Positions 26,647-36,442 of a DNA stretch of 55,101 bases are shown here, one piece after another. Source of the stretch: a virus. Its lineage: Duplodnaviria > Caudoviricetes. The first letter of the stretch is position 1, and each line of letters begins with the position of its first letter. The stretch spans positions 1 to 55,101 of the IMG/VR virus record IMGVR_UViG_3300031862_000774. One strand, written 5' to 3'. The notes under the pieces were generated by a model. That model was not told the DNA's origin, did no database searches, and was given only the letters and a program-made list of their open reading frames with translations. The position numbers were made by a program, and so were the translations under genes.

Positions 26647-27300
26647 ATGAGAAACAGGGCGGAGTTTCCCGACCACCGGCTACGGTCCGGGGATAGGTCC
26701 ATCGATGTCGAGTCATCAGGGAAATGTCCGCCCTGCCGTCTCCTCCGCGAGATGAGGCTCAAGGCAGGGCTGAGCCAACCGGAATTGGCGAGACGGAGCG
26801 GCGTCTATTATCTCACTATCTCCAATATCGAGACAGGGAAAGGCAAACCAAAGGCGCTGACTTGGGCGCGCCTCATGCGGGCATTATCCGAAATGATGCC
26901 CGAGAAAGAGGAAATACGGAAGGAACAACCGTCTGACCAGCCGGCACCTGAAAAAGAGGAAACCCGCGAAGAGAGAATTCAAGAAAGCCGACCGGAATTC
27001 TTCTCCATCGGCGGCTACATGAGCCGGGAGGAATTCTTCCACTTTCTCAGATCGAAGATGAGCCAGGCACTTGGTGCATTTTTCAACGGACCGCTTCTAT
27101 CCACACTTATCTCGAATGCCGAGTTTTTTTCGCGCCGCCGATACTATCCGGGCGACTTCGCGACGGCGGTTGAGATTTTGGGTGAGTTGCTGAGGGCGCA
27201 GAGGCGGATGTTCTCGGCTGGACTCGCGAAAGATAATGACGATGGCGATGAACCCGGGCAGAAGCAACAACGCAGGCCATATCATCGTCGATTGGGATGA
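26647..27300 (+). CDS. XRE HTH regulator with C-terminal extension
   Basis: LREMRLKAGLSQPELARRSGV...ISNIETGK; start uncertain. Confidence 0.7.
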   Translation: MRNRAEFPDHRLRSGDRSIDVESSGKCPPCRLLREMRLKAGLSQPELARRSGVYYLTISNIETGKGKPKALTWARLMRALSEMMPEKEEIRKEQPSDQPAPEKEETREERIQESRPEFFSIGGYMSREEFFHFLRSKMSQALGAFFNGPLLSTLISNAEFFSRRRYYPGDFATAVEILGELLRAQRRMFSAGLAKDNDDGDEPGQKQQRRPYHRRLG

Positions 27301-27455
27301 ACACAAATAAATGTGATATGGCAGGGCAGGGCGGGGCGAGGTTTTTATTTTCTGGAAGGAGAGGAAGGAAAACCGGCCGGTGTCCTCATATATCATCAGA
27401 GGGAGGCTAACGATGAGACATCGGGGAGGGCGTTTTTCGGCTGAGGAGCAAAAAT

Positions 27456-27641
27456 ATGGAAGTTTCTAAAATAAATAAGCCGGTGCTATTTTACAGCAGG
27501 GATGAAGCGAGAAGGCAATTCATCTATGAGCTGAGGATTCCTGAAATATGGTTGGTCGAACACAAAGCGAAAGTGGTGAGGAAGCGCCTCGCGCTTTGGC
27601 TCCTGAGGATAGCATGGAGGGTGTTTAGGGGAAAGCCATAG
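27456..27641 (+). CDS. Hypothetical protein
   Basis: GAGGAG RBS. Confidence 0.5.
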   Translation: MEVSKINKPVLFYSRDEARRQFIYELRIPEIWLVEHKAKVVRKRLALWLLRIAWRVFRGKP

Positions 27642-27803
27642 GGGAGCATTGAGATCGAAATATGAAAAGAGTCACGTTTAGAGTACCCGCAGGGGACTCG
27701 GTTTTTGTGATAAATGGATGGCCTTATAAGCTGAAGACCGAGACAAAGGTTGAAGGGCATGAGATAATATTCTCTGCAATCCTCATGCCCCTAAGGTCGG
27801 AGC

Positions 27804-28169
27804 ATGCGAGAGAGGAAGGAGAGGAAATTGGCCGAAGAAGCCGTCAAGCAAGAACTGAATGAGATCAAAAAGGCGATCATTCGGACCCTTCAGCTCTCAG
27901 ATTATCAAATCATTAAAAGCACCAATAACCCCATCTGCGCGATCGGACTGAGAGAAAACGAGTGGCGTTGCATCGTGGGCCATGTTCGACGTATTCCCCA
28001 TAAAATCGTGAAAGAATTCGAGGAGCTGCCCTGCCCTGACTATAAGATTATCAAGAAAGAACTTTGGCTGCGAGATAAGTGGGAAAAGCGATTTTATAAG
28101 ATATTTTGGGACTCTAAAAAACAGATTTGGATTGACCAGTTCGGTGAGGTCATTAACTTCAAGCCCTGA
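27804..28169 (+). CDS. Hypothetical protein
   Basis: Last ORF before the late promoter. Confidence 0.55.
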   Translation: MRERKERKLAEEAVKQELNEIKKAIIRTLQLSDYQIIKSTNNPICAIGLRENEWRCIVGHVRRIPHKIVKEFEELPCPDYKIIKKELWLRDKWEKRFYKIFWDSKKQIWIDQFGEVINFKP

Positions 28170-28189
28170 CCTCCCCGACCTATACATTT

Positions 28190-28251
28190 CCCTCACCTAT
28201 TATAGATATTCCCTCACATTTTTGACTTAGTCCTACTCATCCATCTAAATT
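28190..28251 (+). promoter_or_regulatory. Putative late promoter 1 with tandem CCCTCAC boxes
   Basis: CCCTCAC at 28190 and 28211, TTGACT at 28222, TAAATT at 28246; same architecture at 41501. Confidence 0.7.
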
Positions 28252-28258
28252 TTATGGG

Positions 28259-28738
28259 ATGGAGAAGGATCAGCTTCTCAAGCAGGAATATTTCCGCAGC
28301 CAGGCGGTTTGGTACGCCAAGCGGTGGATCGGGACGCCCTACACCTGGGCCGGCGATGATTTCCGGTCGCTCGACTGCTCGGGCCTCATCATGGAAATCT
28401 TCAAGGCCCTCGGAATTTTCCACGAGAACGAGGACTACAGCGCCGAGGCGCTCTTTCAGAAATATGGGCGCTTCCGGATCCAGGGGCTCCCCTACGCCGG
28501 CTGTCTCGTCTTCTGGCTCAATGCCAAGGGCCAGGCGGTCCATGTGGCCATCATGATCGATAACTACTTCCTGATCCATGCCGCCGGTGGCGGGCCAGGG
28601 ACGAGGACAGTCGAGGATGCGATCCGGGACAATGCCTATGTCAAAATGAGGATGCTCGAGGAAGTGGCCGATTTCCGGAAGGAAAAATACGGCCAGGACC
28701 ACGCCATCGTGGACCCCTTCAAGGAGATGAAGGCGTGA
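28259..28738 (+). CDS. NlpC/P60 peptidoglycan endopeptidase (probable endolysin)
   Basis: GTPYTWAG..DCSG, HVAI, IHA catalytic pattern. Confidence 0.88.
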   Translation: MEKDQLLKQEYFRSQAVWYAKRWIGTPYTWAGDDFRSLDCSGLIMEIFKALGIFHENEDYSAEALFQKYGRFRIQGLPYAGCLVFWLNAKGQAVHVAIMIDNYFLIHAAGGGPGTRTVEDAIRDNAYVKMRMLEEVADFRKEKYGQDHAIVDPFKEMKA

Positions 28739-28775
28739 GCGACCCCAAGCTACGGACAGAAAGTGGGAAATAGAT

Positions 28776-29072
28776 ATGGAGCGCACCCTCTGGCTGATCA
28801 TCCTGACCCTGAGCCAGGCGGTTCTGATCGCGTTACAGATTATCAAGGCAAGAAGCAATAAGAGGTCGAAGCATATCAATAATACAGAGTTGACGGATCC
28901 TCCGCCATGCAAAGAACACCTTGAAAAATTAACTGAGGACCGCGCGCGCCTAATATGTATCGAAAGGAACCTGGGTGAGCAGGGCAAGACGCTGGCCGAG
29001 CATGGCGCGCGTCTGGTGAACGTCGAGAAGGCGGTCGACCGGATCGAACAGAAAATAAACAGAAAAGACTGA
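28776..29072 (+). CDS. Single-TM coiled-coil protein, holin-like
   Basis: N-terminal TM helix; follows the endolysin. Confidence 0.45.
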   Translation: MERTLWLIILTLSQAVLIALQIIKARSNKRSKHINNTELTDPPPCKEHLEKLTEDRARLICIERNLGEQGKTLAEHGARLVNVEKAVDRIEQKINRKD

Positions 29073-29074
29073 CG

Positions 29075-30412
29075 ATGGAAATCAAACGTGTCCCGATCGA
29101 CCAGGTCGAGCCCTGGGAGAAGAATCCGCGCGGAATAAAGCGGAAAGACTTCGATCGGCTTAAGAAGCAGATCACGGAACTCGGGATTTATAAGCCGCTG
29201 GTCTGCACTCAGGAGAACGGCAGATATATCATCCTCGGGGGGAACATGCGGATCCGGGCCCTTAGGGAACTTGGCGCCCAGAAGGTCGATGTTTCGGTGG
29301 TCGAGGCGAAGACCGAGGCCGAAAAGCTCAAATACGCGCTCAGCGATAACGACCGCGCCGGGGAATACGATGATCAGGCCCTCGCCGAGCTTCTCTTCGC
29401 GAACCGGGACGGGATCGATCTCGAGGACTTCCGTATCGATATCGGTCCAACCATCTCTCTCGAGCGCCTTATGACAAGTTTCGGTCCGGACATCGCGGTA
29501 ACCGAAGAAGACATCGTCCCTGAGCCAGAAAAGACAAGCTCCACGCCGCGCGGCGCGCTTTTTGATCTTGGACCCCACCGCCTCCTCTGCGGCGATGCCA
29601 CCCAGGAATGGGCATACGCCGCCCTCATGGATGGGATGAAGGCCGACCTCATCTTCACCGACCCACCCTACAATGTGGCCTACAAGGGCTCTAAGCTCGG
29701 AACCATCGCTGGCGATGACATGACGGAAGAGGAATTTATAGAGTTTTCGTGTCGCTTCATGGCGCAACTCAAGGAGAACACAAAGCGGGGCGGAGCATTC
29801 TATATCTGCAGTGGCTATAGCTCCTATCCGGTTTTCCTATATGCCCTCCACCAAGCCGGATTGACCTTCTCGACTCCTATAGTTTGGGTCAAGAATAATA
29901 CCTCTCTCGGCTGGGGCGATTACCGGCATAAACACGAGATGCTTCTCAAGGGCCGTTCATCCCGCCAGAAAAAGAGCGCGCAACCTATCCTCTATGGCTG
30001 GAAGGGCGGACGCCATTACTTCCCAGAAAGCCGCTTCGAGGCCGACGTTTGGGAGATGAACCGTCGTGGCAGTTCGAACATGCTTCACCCCACTCAAAAG
30101 CCCCTCGGCCTTATCCAGCGCGCCATCCGTAATTCAAGCCGAAAAGGAGAGTGTGTGCTTGATCCATTCGCTGGTTCTGGCTCCACCCTGGTCGGCGCCG
30201 AACGGGAGGGCCGCGTGGCTTATGTTATGGACCTCGATCCACTCTGCGTAGACACGACCATCCGCCGATATGCCGCCCTCGGCGCACAGACGGAAGAAGA
30301 AATACGCCAGACCTGCCGCCTCGTGCCCATTCGAGGAGAACAGGGAAGGAAGCCCAAGCTAATGCAAGGACCGGCCCGAGATCGCGCAACGTCGGCAATC
30401 GTGGAGAGATAA
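29075..30412 (+). CDS. ParB-N domain + N6/N4 DNA methyltransferase
   Basis: KNPR...GGNMR; TDPPY, HPTQKP, DPFAGSGST. Confidence 0.92.
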   Translation: MEIKRVPIDQVEPWEKNPRGIKRKDFDRLKKQITELGIYKPLVCTQENGRYIILGGNMRIRALRELGAQKVDVSVVEAKTEAEKLKYALSDNDRAGEYDDQALAELLFANRDGIDLEDFRIDIGPTISLERLMTSFGPDIAVTEEDIVPEPEKTSSTPRGALFDLGPHRLLCGDATQEWAYAALMDGMKADLIFTDPPYNVAYKGSKLGTIAGDDMTEEEFIEFSCRFMAQLKENTKRGGAFYICSGYSSYPVFLYALHQAGLTFSTPIVWVKNNTSLGWGDYRHKHEMLLKGRSSRQKKSAQPILYGWKGGRHYFPESRFEADVWEMNRRGSSNMLHPTQKPLGLIQRAIRNSSRKGECVLDPFAGSGSTLVGAEREGRVAYVMDLDPLCVDTTIRRYAALGAQTEEEIRQTCRLVPIRGEQGRKPKLMQGPARDRATSAIVER

Positions 30413-30458
30413 AACCCGATGAAAAGACCCCGGGAACCAGAGTTTGAGATGAAAAGAG

Positions 30459-30917
30459 ATGGCTAAATTAAAATACAACGAGACATTTCCGGTCCTGGCG
30501 GAAAAGTACGCCAAGGAAGGAATGACTGATGCGCAGATAGCCAAGAAATTAGGGATTGGCGGTGGCACCTATTATAGATATCAAAAGAGGTACCGAGAGT
30601 TTTGGGAGTCCATAAAAAAGGGAAAATCTCCGGTGGATGACGATGTCGAAAATGCACTTCTGAAACGCGCCCTGGGTTACGATTACGAGGAGATCATGAC
30701 CGAATATCAGGTCAAAGGCAAGGAGGAGGAGAAGGCGAAACCGGTGACCTTAAGGCGGATAAAAAAGTTTGTGATCCCGGACGTCACGGCGCAGATCTTC
30801 TGGCTGAAGAACCGGCGTCCGGATAAGTGGCGAGACAAGCATGATTTCGAGTTCCCCCAGGGGGTTATGATCAAGATCATCTCCGCAATCCCCCGGTCGG
30901 ACAGAGTGAGCAAATGA
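30459..30917 (+). CDS. HTH terminase-small-subunit-like protein
   Basis: GMTDAQIAKKLGI, VENALLKRALG, AQIFWLKNR. Confidence 0.7.
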   Translation: MAKLKYNETFPVLAEKYAKEGMTDAQIAKKLGIGGGTYYRYQKRYREFWESIKKGKSPVDDDVENALLKRALGYDYEEIMTEYQVKGKEEEKAKPVTLRRIKKFVIPDVTAQIFWLKNRRPDKWRDKHDFEFPQGVMIKIISAIPRSDRVSK

Positions 30918-31486
30918 CATTCACTCCTAAGCAACGAAGATTTATCAAGGAGTATCCAAAGGATCTGAATGCCACGAGGGCGGCGGAGCGGTCCGGATTC
31001 TCAAAGAAGACGGCCCGTCAGCAAGGTGCGCGTCTGTTGTCAAAGGTTAACATCCAAGAAGCGATTTCGAGAGAACTCAAGAGACGGGAAAAGCGGACGG
31101 AGATCACGCAGGACAGGGTTTTAAGAGAGCTCGCGGTTTGCGGGTTCTCGGATATCAAGGACTACATCGATATCGACTCAGATACCGGCGCCATGAGAGC
31201 GAGGGGATTCGAAGGTATGCCCCAGCGAGCCAGCCGGGCTTTGAAGGGCATAAAAGAGGATCGCGTCATCAAAGAGGATGCAGACGGGAAAAAAGTCACG
31301 GTCTACGACAAAGTGCGCTTCGAACTCTGGGATAAACCGAAATCGCTTGAGCTTCTCGGAAAACATCTGGGGATGTTTGAAGAGAAATTCAAAGTCACCG
31401 GCGATCTCGGGGTGATCCTAAAGGTCATATCGGCCGTGCCTCGGCCGGGTCAGGAGGAGAAGGGTGCTCAGAAAGCTAAGGCGTAG
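30914..31486 (+). CDS. terS: Terminase small subunit
   Basis: KQRRFIKEY..DLNATRAA..SG.S.KTA...LL; LELLGKHLGMF. Confidence 0.9.
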   Translation: MTFTPKQRRFIKEYPKDLNATRAAERSGFSKKTARQQGARLLSKVNIQEAISRELKRREKRTEITQDRVLRELAVCGFSDIKDYIDIDSDTGAMRARGFEGMPQRASRALKGIKEDRVIKEDADGKKVTVYDKVRFELWDKPKSLELLGKHLGMFEEKFKVTGDLGVILKVISAVPRPGQEEKGAQKAKA

Positions 31487-31731
31487 GACCCGGCTCTGGC
31501 TGCTTCGGCGGGACGCGAAAAAGACGCGCATTCTTTTGAGGCGCATCGACGTGGCCATGGCGCGGCTCGGATGGCCGAGGTGGAGGAGGAAGCAGTTCTG
31601 GCGCGACTTCCACAGGGATGACGCGGTCGTCGAGGACCTGTTCAGGCTGATCACGGGATAATAGCGATGGAGGCACAGGAAGGAAAAAATGCCCCCAGCA
31701 AGAAAATAAACGATTTTTTAGGGAGGGATAA

Positions 31732-31896
31732 ATGGCTATCAAGAACCTAAAACCCGATGAGGTTGTCTCCGTCTATGATCCCACGCTCGGAGCCTACCAC
31801 GAGGTCAGCATTGAAGACCTGAAGAGGCAACTTCAATCGTTCGGCCTCACAAACGAGGAGATCGAGGTCAAGATCAAGAAACTCAAGGGAGAGTGA
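31732..31896 (+). CDS. Small hypothetical protein (54 aa, not in ORF track)
   Basis: GGAGG RBS; GTGA overlap with the next gene. Confidence 0.55.
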   Translation: MAIKNLKPDEVVSVYDPTLGAYHEVSIEDLKRQLQSFGLTNEEIEVKIKKLKGE

Positions 31897-32426
31897 AAAT
31901 GAAAATGCAAGACAAGGGAAAACTAAGGACGACCTTCAAGATCGCCCGCTATGCCTCGGATGAGGACAAGCAAAAGAGAGTCATCTACTCCAAGGAGGAG
32001 GCGCTCAGGCTTTTCGGGATCGAGCAGTTCACCGAGTTCGAGAAGAATCTTTTCCTGAACGAGGGCATAAACGAGTTATGGACGATCCTATGCTCTGCCG
32101 GCGGGACGAAGTTCGATAACTCAAATGCCTACACGGGCGTCGGCGATTCGGCCACGGCTGCGGATGCCACGCAGACGGGGCTTCAGGCCGCCGTGAATAA
32201 GCTCTATAAGGCTATGGAGGCAGGATTCCCGACCTATGGCACAAGCCAGAAGGCGACATGGAAGTCATCCTTTGGTTCGGCCGAGGCGAATTTCGCCTGG
32301 AACGAGTTTACGGTCGCCAACGGCAACTCCGACGCGGCGAAGAACCTGAACCGGAAGGTCTCGGCGCAGGGCACGAAGACAAGCGGACAGACATGGGAGT
32401 TAACCATCGAGTTATCGATAAGCTAA
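31893..32426 (+). CDS. Probable virion structural protein (fibre/collar-base-like)
   Basis: NEGINELW, GVGDSATAA, EANFAWNE, TKTSGQTW motifs. Confidence 0.55.
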   Translation: MKMKMQDKGKLRTTFKIARYASDEDKQKRVIYSKEEALRLFGIEQFTEFEKNLFLNEGINELWTILCSAGGTKFDNSNAYTGVGDSATAADATQTGLQAAVNKLYKAMEAGFPTYGTSQKATWKSSFGSAEANFAWNEFTVANGNSDAAKNLNRKVSAQGTKTSGQTWELTIELSIS

Positions 32427-32442
32427 TAAGCGGAGATAAATT

Positions 32443-34059
32443 TTGGCTTATACATTTTTAGAACTTCAGCAGTATGTCCAGGACAAGATAAACGCTGCTC
32501 GTCTGACCACCTGGACGGCGCAGAATGATGTTTCTTATTGGCGTGGACTTCAGCATAAATATGACCAGCAGCTTTTGGACGTGGTTGAGCAATATAAGGA
32601 CAAAGGCAAGCGGTTAATTGATGAATACAAGCGCCGCCTTAACGAGATGGATGAGTTAATCAGCGGGGCGGGGATTTCCATCGTCGATTTTAAGTCCGAC
32701 ATGAAGGCGTTGGTGGCGAAGGTGCTGAGGTTGGCCGATAAATATTGGGCTGTGCGGTATGAGATTGAGGGAAGGCAGAAGGGATTTTTTGTCCGCAAGC
32801 CTGTAGGTACAACTTACTACATCGACTTCGTGGATGGCCTTGACACGAATGACGGACTTTCAATAACGACGGCCTGGAAGACACTTGAAAAATACACAAC
32901 TGTTACGGTGAGGTCAGCGGGCGATATTGCACTGGTCAGGGCAAATAAAACAGAGATTCCAGCTGGAAATATTCCTTTTGATGAAAGCGGAAACAAGGGC
33001 AGCAGAATTTCAATAATAGGTTGTGATTCTGTGATTAATGACCCGTGGAACGACGATTCTGATGTGCTTCCGATTATAGATTTTAATGGGGCAGCTTATT
33101 GTGGTACGAAATATAGTAATGATTACTGGGACATAGAAAGACTTGATATTAAAAATGGAGCCTCTACGTATTATGGCACTTGGTATGACTACGAAAGTGT
33201 AGGAAATTTATACAAGGGAGTTAAATTCTCAACGACTGCAACGATTACAAAGACTATGATATCATCGATTCTTTACTTTTCTGAGTTTGTTGAATGTGAA
33301 TGGACAACCCCGCAAAATAATGGCGAAAGAATCGCCTATCAGCTTCAAGATTGTAGAATGTTAATTTTCAGAAAATGTAAATTTAATAAAGGCAATCTTG
33401 CAAACCCAGCTGAGGGATTATATTTAACCAGGTCTTTTGTAGAGATTATTGATTCGGAATTTGGACAGATAAGTGCATTAGATATCGATATTATAGGTTC
33501 ATCGGTTATTCTGATAAGAAATTCAAAAGTGGATATTACAAAAATTTCCATTGGTACAAGTCCTGGTGTAATTGTTCGCATGGAAGACCATAACCAGATT
33601 ATCTATGATGGATACGTAAAATATGGTCCTGGTCAAGTTAGCAGAGATGCGGCAATAAAAACCGGAAATGCTAATTTCTCGGTTAAAATAGAACCATCCT
33701 CTGGGTGCGGAATTTATGCACCATTGGATTTATCGGGTTATCAAACAGAGTCGCCTTTCCAGGTCAAACTCTCCGCCTCCGTCCAGAAGACGCTGACGGT
33801 GAAAATGAAAGCTGATACTGCCTGGACAGTCTATCCAACAGCGGTTGAGCTTTATCTTGAGGTGAGCTATTATAGCGATGGAGCAAATGCTAATAGAACA
33901 ACAATAAAATCGACTCAGGTCATAAGCCAGGTTGATACATGGACTGATTTTTCCGTCACAATCACACCCGCAAGAGACGGTATTGCATACGGGAACGTCT
34001 ATCTTAAAAAATATGAGGCTAACTTTATCAGGGTGAATGGCGAAATGGTGGTGAGTTAA
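32443..34059 (+). CDS. Parallel beta-helix (pectin-lyase-like) protein, probable fibre/spike
   Basis: TYYIDFVDGLDTNDGLS..TAWKTL opener followed by beta-rich repeats; AT-rich core. Confidence 0.65.
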   Translation: MAYTFLELQQYVQDKINAARLTTWTAQNDVSYWRGLQHKYDQQLLDVVEQYKDKGKRLIDEYKRRLNEMDELISGAGISIVDFKSDMKALVAKVLRLADKYWAVRYEIEGRQKGFFVRKPVGTTYYIDFVDGLDTNDGLSITTAWKTLEKYTTVTVRSAGDIALVRANKTEIPAGNIPFDESGNKGSRISIIGCDSVINDPWNDDSDVLPIIDFNGAAYCGTKYSNDYWDIERLDIKNGASTYYGTWYDYESVGNLYKGVKFSTTATITKTMISSILYFSEFVECEWTTPQNNGERIAYQLQDCRMLIFRKCKFNKGNLANPAEGLYLTRSFVEIIDSEFGQISALDIDIIGSSVILIRNSKVDITKISIGTSPGVIVRMEDHNQIIYDGYVKYGPGQVSRDAAIKTGNANFSVKIEPSSGCGIYAPLDLSGYQTESPFQVKLSASVQKTLTVKMKADTAWTVYPTAVELYLEVSYYSDGANANRTTIKSTQVISQVDTWTDFSVTITPARDGIAYGNVYLKKYEANFIRVNGEMVVS

Positions 34060-34068
34060 GAGGATATC

Positions 34069-34230
34069 ATGGAAGAGAAAAAATACGATTTAGAGACTAT
34101 CAAAAAGGCTTTCTGGGAGGCTTTTCATAAGAGCGGCGAACTTTGGTTTTACGAAATAGATTTTGATGAGGAGCTTCAATTCGCTGAAGAAGAATTATGG
34201 AAAGAGTTTGAAAAAAGTCTTATGAAATAG
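34069..34230 (+). CDS. Small acidic hypothetical protein (53 aa, not in ORF track)
   Basis: GAGG RBS, open frame. Confidence 0.5.
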   Translation: MEEKKYDLETIKKAFWEAFHKSGELWFYEIDFDEELQFAEEELWKEFEKSLMK

Positions 34231-34245
34231 GAAGAGGAGAAATAA

Positions 34246-35106
34246 TTGCCCATAATGGAATGGATTTCCGGTCGCCCGATTGCCACGGATTCCGACTTCA
34301 AAGAGTGGGCGTCTGGAAGGCCGTTTATTTATTATGTGCCAACGGGATTCATTTCTAAAAGCGTTTTGGATTCTGGTATTGGTTCGGACGCTCTATCACT
34401 CCTGAATAAACTATCAGTCTCGGATTCAGGCGTCGGCGTAGATACTTTTGGATTATTAGGCAAGATTCCCATTTCCGATTCTGGTCTGGGGGCGGATGTT
34501 CTTTCTATCCTGAACAAAATCCCGGTTCTTGACTCTGCCATAGGCGCCGATCTTCTTTCTATCCTGGTCCGGGTCGCCATTCTGGACGCCGGCACGGGCG
34601 CAGACTTAATCTCAGCGATCAAAGCGCTTATCGCAATCACGGATGCAGGGGTAGGTACGGATAGTATTTTCGTGTCGTCGCCGATTAAAACTATACAGGA
34701 TTCCGCCGCGGGCGCGGATGATCTGAGCATCAAAGGGAAGATTCCCATCTCAGATTTGGCCGGCGGGCTGGACTCCCTTGTCATCAAGCAATTCAAATCA
34801 ACCTCTGACTCGGCGCTCGGCTCAGAGATTCTTGCCATTAAAAGGCTCGTCTCGCTTGTGGATTCCGGCCTGGGATCGGAACTTTTTTCTATTCTTGTGA
34901 GGATTGCCATCCTGGACCAAGCCCTGGCCACGGATCTCGTGAGCGTTTTAGGGCAGAGGCGGGTCGTCGATCATGAGAAAGAGGAAAGACTGTTATTCCC
35001 TTATCTCTATTCCACCGCAATGCGCGGCCAAGGGAAACTGTTAGCCAAAGCTGTGAGGGAGGCCAGGAAGGGCCAACGTAAACTCATTAAGGAAAAAGAA
35101 GATTAG
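34246..35106 (+). CDS. Repeat protein (about 11 x 18-19 aa, [IV]xDSGxGxD), probable fibre shaft
   Basis: Tandem repeats visible in the translation. Confidence 0.65.
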   Translation: MPIMEWISGRPIATDSDFKEWASGRPFIYYVPTGFISKSVLDSGIGSDALSLLNKLSVSDSGVGVDTFGLLGKIPISDSGLGADVLSILNKIPVLDSAIGADLLSILVRVAILDAGTGADLISAIKALIAITDAGVGTDSIFVSSPIKTIQDSAAGADDLSIKGKIPISDLAGGLDSLVIKQFKSTSDSALGSEILAIKRLVSLVDSGLGSELFSILVRIAILDQALATDLVSVLGQRRVVDHEKEERLLFPYLYSTAMRGQGKLLAKAVREARKGQRKLIKEKED

Positions 35107-35107
35107 G

Positions 35108-36442
35108 ATGTCTACGCAGGAAATCACCGTTGACCTCTCCCAGATCTACGACCCGCGGAGGAACCCGAAGCAGCTCCTCTTCCACCAGGCCCTGGAGACC
35201 TACAAGCTCTTCGGAGGCGCCATGATGGGGGGTAAGACGGCCGCCTTGATCAATGAAGGGATGGCGCTGAGCTTCGACTACCCGGGCAATTTCGGGCTGC
35301 TCATGCGGAAGACTTGGCCATCCTTTCGGGACACGGTCCTGCCTCAGCTCGAGAAGTTCCTGGATCGGCGGCTGGTCCGGGATTGGAACAGGTCCGAGAA
35401 GCTCATCGTTCTCTGGAATGGCTCGAGGATCCGGTATGGCGGGGTCGGGGATGCGCCCGATGACTGGCAGAAGTTCATGTCGGGCGAGTACGGCTGGATC
35501 GCCCTCGATCAGGCCGAAGAGTTTACGGAACAGGAGTTCCTCATGCTGGGGACCCGGCTCAGGCTCAACCTGCCGGGCCTACGGCCGTTCTTTCTCCTCT
35601 CCTGCAACCCGACGGAGGGCTGGATCAAGCAGCGTTTCATTGAGGCGATCCATCCGGACCATGTCTTCATCCCTTCCTTCTGGACGGACAATATCGCCAA
35701 CCTGCCGTTCGGCTGTATCGAGAGGATGCGCGAGCTTCTGCCCGAGGAGCTGCAGAACAGATATCTGAAAGGCGACTGGTCGGCGGTCGAAGAGTCCAAC
35801 AGCGTCTACCTCTACCTCAAGATCAAGGAGGCGATGGAGAGGAAGGTCGAGCGGTCGCTGCCCGTCGAGATCGGGGTCGACGTGGCGCGGTTCGGAGATG
35901 ACGAGACCGTCATCCCGCTTCGGGAGGGCGCGAAGGTCGAGATCTTCAGCCATGCCCGCGGGCACGATACGATGCGGACCGTGGGCGAGGTCTGGCACTG
36001 CGTTCAGGACCGGATCGTCCCGGTCTGGGGCAAGGGGGTCAGGGTCGCGGTCAAGGTGGACGCGGACGGCCTGGGCGCCGGCGTCGTCGACAGGCTCAAG
36101 GAGCTTCAAGAGGAAAAGGAAAAGGCCCTCGGGATAAAGATTGAGATCGTCGAGATCCACGGCAGCGCGAAGCCGAGGAATCCGATGATGTTCAAGAATC
36201 AGAGGGCCGAGATCCACTGGGGGCTCAGGGAGCTGCTCGACGATATCGCTCTGCCGCGCGACCCGATTCTGGCCGCCCAGCTCATCGCCATCAAGTACAA
36301 GCGCAATTCCGCAGGCCAGATCGAGATTGTCGACAAGGGGGAGATCAAGAAGAGACTTGGCCAGAGTCCGGATCGCGCGGAGGGGGTCATTTATGCCTTC
36401 GCCGAGGTCAAGCCAAAGGGAGTGAGCCATGTCTGTGTCTAA
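35108..36442 (+). CDS. terL: Terminase large subunit (prophage)
   Basis: GGAMMGGKT, IALDQAEE, SCNP, GVDVARFGDD, SPDRAE. Confidence 0.92.
   Translation: MSTQEITVDLSQIYDPRRNPKQLLFHQALETYKLFGGAMMGGKTAALINEGMALSFDYPGNFGLLMRKTWPSFRDTVLPQLEKFLDRRLVRDWNRSEKLIVLWNGSRIRYGGVGDAPDDWQKFMSGEYGWIALDQAEEFTEQEFLMLGTRLRLNLPGLRPFFLLSCNPTEGWIKQRFIEAIHPDHVFIPSFWTDNIANLPFGCIERMRELLPEELQNRYLKGDWSAVEESNSVYLYLKIKEAMERKVERSLPVEIGVDVARFGDDETVIPLREGAKVEIFSHARGHDTMRTVGEVWHCVQDRIVPVWGKGVRVAVKVDADGLGAGVVDRLKELQEEKEKALGIKIEIVEIHGSAKPRNPMMFKNQRAEIHWGLRELLDDIALPRDPILAAQLIAIKYKRNSAGQIEIVDKGEIKKRLGQSPDRAEGVIYAFAEVKPKGVSHVCV

Noticed and set aside
28214-29767. Long minus-strand ORFs (also 40005-41543, 53245-54357, 18397-19371, 48187-49161)
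   Set aside because: Antisense shadows of well-supported GC3-rich genes, with no recognisable motifs
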